A stretch of 62,771 bases of DNA, filler included, from an uncultured Myxococcia bacterium (GTDB taxonomy: Bacteria > CAZTWC01): the NCBI GenBank assembly GCA_964617105.1. It is 6 parts of 6 records of this genome, joined end to end, with 100 filler letters (N's around TTAATTAATTAA, not from the genome) between each part and the next. Parts side by side here need not be neighbours in the genome. Positions count along the whole stretch, not along the records: positions 52,510 to 62,771 come from CAZTWC010000118.1; 5 more parts are not named here. One strand, written 5' to 3'. Every line of letters starts with the position of its first letter. Position 1 is the stretch's first letter. The notes under the pieces were generated by a model. It saw nothing but the letters and a program-made list of their open reading frames with translations, made no database searches and was not told the origin of the DNA. The position numbers were made by a program, and so were the translations under genes. This document shows positions 58,874 to 62,771 of this stretch, piece by piece.

Positions 58874-61646
58874 TTTGTCCTCCCTGTTTGGCTAAAAAAC
58901 TGGCGATTATCAATCCTTCCGGACAGTATTTGTTTCGGCTGTTTTTATTGCTATCATCAACATCTCTTTCCACTACTATTTTGGCCATCATTTGAGCAAA
59001 TATTTCCTGGTTAGCGTTATCGCCAATTGCCGAACGGTCGAGTTGCTTTAAAATAAATTTCTCCAGCAGATGTCGATAACCATCATGTTCTAAAATAGCC
59101 TCGATGCCAGAACGAAAATTTTCTAGCCGGTAAACCAGTGAAGTAGAAACCTGGGCTTTTTCGCTGTTACCAATATGCTCACCGATAAACTCAAAATCAT
59201 CCCAGGTTCGATCACTCCACTTACGTCTGAAATAGCGTGCCCCCCCTGATCTTTTTCGCAGTTCGATAGCCAGGCAGTTTCGTCCACCTTCCCGTTTGGC
59301 TTTTTCATCCAGCAAATAGTGCGCCCTTAAAATCATCTCTTTCAGGCTCTCCTTGTGGTGACAAATCAAGATAGCACCAGAGATGGAAATATCTTTAGCA
59401 GCTCCCAGATTAATTGATAATTTCCCTCTTTCCACTGTCCAATCTCCACCAACATCTTTATTTACCCTTTGATTATCTTGAATCAACTTGAATGAAGAGT
59501 TGTAATAATCTTTTATCTCCCTAGCTGCCTTGACCACATTGTCAATCGGTAATACAGCGCATACATCATCGCCGCCGGCATAGATCAATTTGCCCTCGAA
59601 TTTATCAATTATTGGAGCCACTCCGTATATGACAAAATCTCCCAGGGATTCGGAAATCGCTGCATGAACAGATGGAGTGAGCAGTCGTTTCTCCTTTTTC
59701 GTGAATATCTTGCCCCAGTTTATGCGGAAATTGTCGGCGAAATCCCTCTCCTTCAGGCGGCGGACAATATCAGGATGCATCACGGATTCCCAGGTAGAGT
59801 CAATTGTCTCGCCATTAACCAGTTTACCCATCTTATCGCCATCCATCATCAAAATAGCATAGTAGCGGTCTCGATTCGCTATTCCTTTGCCACCTTTTTC
59901 CTCAGATGACTCATGAATTTGGTTGGCGATTTCTCGCTTCTCTCTTACATTAGTTATCATTTTTCGCTTGAAGTAGTTATATAATGATACTTCGGTGGTT
60001 GAAGGAAATCCCTCCTTATCTTTGAAGGTGGCAGATAATATTTGATGAGGGGGTCCCAATTTCTCATCATTGCCAGATTTTTCAATCACCCGGTAGGCAA
60101 TTCTCTTAGTCAGGCAGATGGAACACAGTTTTTCATGTGGATTGAAATCGTGTTTATTGTGCCATGTCTCTTTCAAAGATTGCCAAAAAGAATTTATTTT
60201 TTCCTTATATTGGAGGGTGGAAAAATCGTTTTGATATTTCATTGGGTGGACAACTTCAAACTCAGCACACTGGTGACATTTTTCACCATTTTCCGGTAAT
60301 CTGGTAATCTCTCTCCTGGTTTTTATGCAAGCCAGAGAAGATTGGGTTAAAGAGTGGCTAATCGAATATAATAGCCCTGTACCTGATTTATCATAGTGGT
60401 TGTATTGAGGATCGACTAGAATCCGGTTAAAAATATCGAGCATCTCAAAGTTGTTTTGATATTGTGTCGGTGATAGAAGTTTTTCAATCTCTTTAGTGTT
60501 ATCTTTACTCACCAGCGATGCAGCGCTCCACTGTAGGTTCCAGTAGTTACTGTTTTGCCGGGAGAACAACTGATTCAGATTTTGTTTCTCCTCCTGCGGT
60601 AGAGATGGAAGAAATTTCTCGATCATCGCCACAGTATTTTGGGATATCCTTTTCCAGGCGGTCTTAATATTCTCTTCGATTTGCCCGGCTATTTCTTCGA
60701 CTCTGTTTATTGGGGCTAAAAATAAAAACTTGTTGGGCAAAGTGGCAATCTCTCTTTTTTGGTTATCCCAAAATTTGATATCATCGATTTTCCACATTTT
60801 ATTAAGGTATTCGTTAACCAATGGCTGATCGATTAGCGATGGATAGAGTAAGTGATCAGGACCCAAATTTTCCATCACCCATTTTATCCCTTCAAAGGCC
60901 AACCATGACAATAACACTGAGCCAGACCAGTAATCCCTCAATTTTCTGGCAGTGGAAATGAAGGGTTGAACCGGGGTTATGCTGAACACCATCAGCCCGA
61001 TACCAGATTCGTTTTCTGCTAGTTCCATGCAGGAATAAAGCGCTGATGTAAGTCCATTGTGCTGCCATATGCTATGGTCTGGGAACCTGCTGTCCGCTGG
61101 GAGGCGGTGCCACAATGCTCCCAGGTCGGCTACATTATCTTCCGCCAGTTTGAACCGTAGTGCCAAGTGGGTATAGAGGAAACGGGCGATGGCAAAAGTA
61201 GCATTATCACCGGCGAATCGATCAGAGTAGCCGCCATCTCCTGGTTGCATACCAATTTTTTCTTTCAGGTATTTGATAACCTGTGAATTGATTTTTTCGG
61301 CTGTTTCTTTGTGATTTCCACCTTTCAAAGCGATCTGCAAGTCGATTTTCAAACCCACTTCGCCGGTTATTGGGTGGGTAAGTATAGGATTATCGAGAAA
61401 ATTAATTGCTCCGTTTTTACGCTCATCGCTGTTATAAGATGGTACCTGTCCCCGCTCAAAACCAGAGGCAATGGCATCAGCTCTCTTCCAGAATTTCTGG
61501 TTTGGATGATCAAAGCCATAAATCTCAAATATTTTTTTTGCCCTTTCCTCGTGACCGGGGATATGAAAAACCTTGTCAAAAGGATCATGCATGTAGGCAG
61601 TGAATTTTCTGTCCCAATAATCGGGACCGGTGGTAAAAGATTCCAT
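58866..61646 (-). CDS. cas10: Type III-B Cas10/Cmr2
   Basis: N-terminal HD-type MHDPFDK..ADAIAS, PADSRFPDHSIW.H, PVQPFI..ARKLRDYWSGS, CxxC pairs, MMDGDKMG, YAGGDD. Start ATG 61646 after GGAGG. Confidence 0.96.
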   Translation of the reverse strand: MESFTTGPDYWDRKFTAYMHDPFDKVFHIPGHEERAKKIFEIYGFDHPNQKFWKRADAIASGFERGQVPSYNSDERKNGAINFLDNPILTHPITGEVGLKIDLQIALKGGNHKETAEKINSQVIKYLKEKIGMQPGDGGYSDRFAGDNATFAIARFLYTHLALRFKLAEDNVADLGALWHRLPADSRFPDHSIWQHNGLTSALYSCMELAENESGIGLMVFSITPVQPFISTARKLRDYWSGSVLLSWLAFEGIKWVMENLGPDHLLYPSLIDQPLVNEYLNKMWKIDDIKFWDNQKREIATLPNKFLFLAPINRVEEIAGQIEENIKTAWKRISQNTVAMIEKFLPSLPQEEKQNLNQLFSRQNSNYWNLQWSAASLVSKDNTKEIEKLLSPTQYQNNFEMLDIFNRILVDPQYNHYDKSGTGLLYSISHSLTQSSLACIKTRREITRLPENGEKCHQCAEFEVVHPMKYQNDFSTLQYKEKINSFWQSLKETWHNKHDFNPHEKLCSICLTKRIAYRVIEKSGNDEKLGPPHQILSATFKDKEGFPSTTEVSLYNYFKRKMITNVREKREIANQIHESSEEKGGKGIANRDRYYAILMMDGDKMGKLVNGETIDSTWESVMHPDIVRRLKERDFADNFRINWGKIFTKKEKRLLTPSVHAAISESLGDFVIYGVAPIIDKFEGKLIYAGGDDVCAVLPIDNVVKAAREIKDYYNSSFKLIQDNQRVNKDVGGDWTVERGKLSINLGAAKDISISGAILICHHKESLKEMILRAHYLLDEKAKREGGRNCLAIELRKRSGGARYFRRKWSDRTWDDFEFIGEHIGNSEKAQVSTSLVYRLENFRSGIEAILEHDGYRHLLEKFILKQLDRSAIGDNANQEIFAQMMAKIVVERDVDDSNKNSRNKYCPEGLIIASFLAKQGGQND

Positions 61647-61666
61647 AATGGTTTTCCTCCCAATTT

Positions 61667-62647
61667 TTATAAATGCTTGTTCAGTTTTGTGCAAGCATCC
61701 TGATAGGCAGTTTTTTGTGCTGATTGATAATAATCGTAAGGCAAAAACAAGATCTGCCCCTGATATTTTTGTTCACCCAATTTATTAACATGAAGAAAAT
61801 ATGGTTTGGCGTGACGGTCAGGGATATTTACACGCTCTTTTTTGATAATCAGTGGCTTGGCAATCAGAGGGCGTTTTTTAAACTTGTGTCTAGGCTCTAT
61901 ACTTAACCTGGCATCTTTGTATTTCATTCCGATTTCCGACAAAGCATCCACCCATTTGTAATAATGGTTATATTTAAACAATTTGCTCTTGTTGCTGATA
62001 GCGGTAAATGGCTTTAGACCTGTTGAGTTTATTTTTGTCTGAGAACCACTATTGTCATCAATAAAACGGGTAACGCCGTCTTTAAAACCTCCACGTAATC
62101 CGGGTAAATGCAACGAACCAAAGCCATTTCTGGTTTTTGCTCCCAGACCACCAAAACAAACCAGTGCTTTAAAACTGTTTTCCACCTGGTCTATTATCCC
62201 CTGTTCAGAGGTGTTAAAGGTGATGGATATATTGAATTTGCCATCAGGTGGAAAATAATCTCTTTTCCAACCATCTGCAAAATCATAAAGCCCAAAACCC
62301 AGATATTTGACTATGCTGACTTTGAAATGCTTCCCCTTTGGTGTAAACATAGTTCCGTTAGGTATATTGGTACCATTCAATGATTTGAGTTTGTCTGATT
62401 TAATAACAATCGAAATCAGCGACTTTGTATCGGTGGATCCAAATATCTCATTTTCACGTTCGCACATTTCAATTGGATTATTTACTCCATACAACGCCCG
62501 CCACCAAAACCTCAGCAATCCCTTGATCGATGCTCCACGTAGTTCGGCGTTTTTTTGCTGAGCACCGCCCAGAAAGACAGGGGTAACTATTTCCACTTGA
62601 AAAGAGAGCCGCTTTCGATTCAAATATCTGTCAACATAAAAACTCAT
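61667..62647 (-). CDS. cmr1: Type III-B RAMP Cmr1
   Basis: VTPVFLGGA, SIKGLLRFWWRA, IFGS, FGGLGAKTRNGFGS. Confidence 0.94.
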   Translation of the reverse strand: MSFYVDRYLNRKRLSFQVEIVTPVFLGGAQQKNAELRGASIKGLLRFWWRALYGVNNPIEMCERENEIFGSTDTKSLISIVIKSDKLKSLNGTNIPNGTMFTPKGKHFKVSIVKYLGFGLYDFADGWKRDYFPPDGKFNISITFNTSEQGIIDQVENSFKALVCFGGLGAKTRNGFGSLHLPGLRGGFKDGVTRFIDDNSGSQTKINSTGLKPFTAISNKSKLFKYNHYYKWVDALSEIGMKYKDARLSIEPRHKFKKRPLIAKPLIIKKERVNIPDRHAKPYFLHVNKLGEQKYQGQILFLPYDYYQSAQKTAYQDACTKLNKHL

Positions 62648-62771
62648 CAATTGCCTCCTTTTTTATAAATAAAAAATATTATTCATTTATTATCTTTTTC
62701 GATTTGTCAGAAAACAAACACAGCTCCGCCATTTCGATTTTGTGTATTATCCCAACCGATCTAGTTACCAT

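Overview
This window is not one locus. It holds six contigs of about 10.3-10.6 kb from an AT-rich bacterium whose gene content looks deltaproteobacterial (inferred), joined by artificial 100-bp N44-TTAATTAATTAA-N44 linkers, so adjacency across a linker means nothing. Contig A (1-10574): Kelch protein end, tetrapyrrole operon (sirC-ccsA-hemA-hemC-cobA/hemD; hemA has one in-frame TAA), pseudo-receiver Ser/Thr kinase, recD2. Contig B (10675-21166): xseB, a FapA/DUF342 protein with a triplicated N-module, a stand-alone nuoJKLMN operon, a partial SDR. Contig C (21267-31608): outer-membrane barrel + 1113-aa lipase-like protein + acyl-CoA ligase operon, HEAT and CPBP proteins, panBC. Contig D (31709-42029): 7TM-DISM/GAF/SpoIIE phosphatase, recG, broken soluble chemoreceptor + cheB, and a homocysteine methyltransferase/K+ channel/cNMP operon carrying a palindromic repeat. 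Contig E (42130-52409): a four-gene operon that appears to encode a split bacterial vitellogenin/MTP-like large lipid-transfer protein plus two orphan periplasmic-binding proteins (best candidate for a novel system), a 7-blade FG-GAP lipoprotein, a DUF1566/CotH chimera and a decayed HigBA pair. Contig F (52510-62771): type III-B CRISPR-Cas (cmr1-cas10-cmr3-cmr4-cmr5-cmr6-cas6-cas1-cas2), a motif-rich leader and the first repeat of an array cut by the contig end. All family calls come from recognising motifs by eye; no searches were run.
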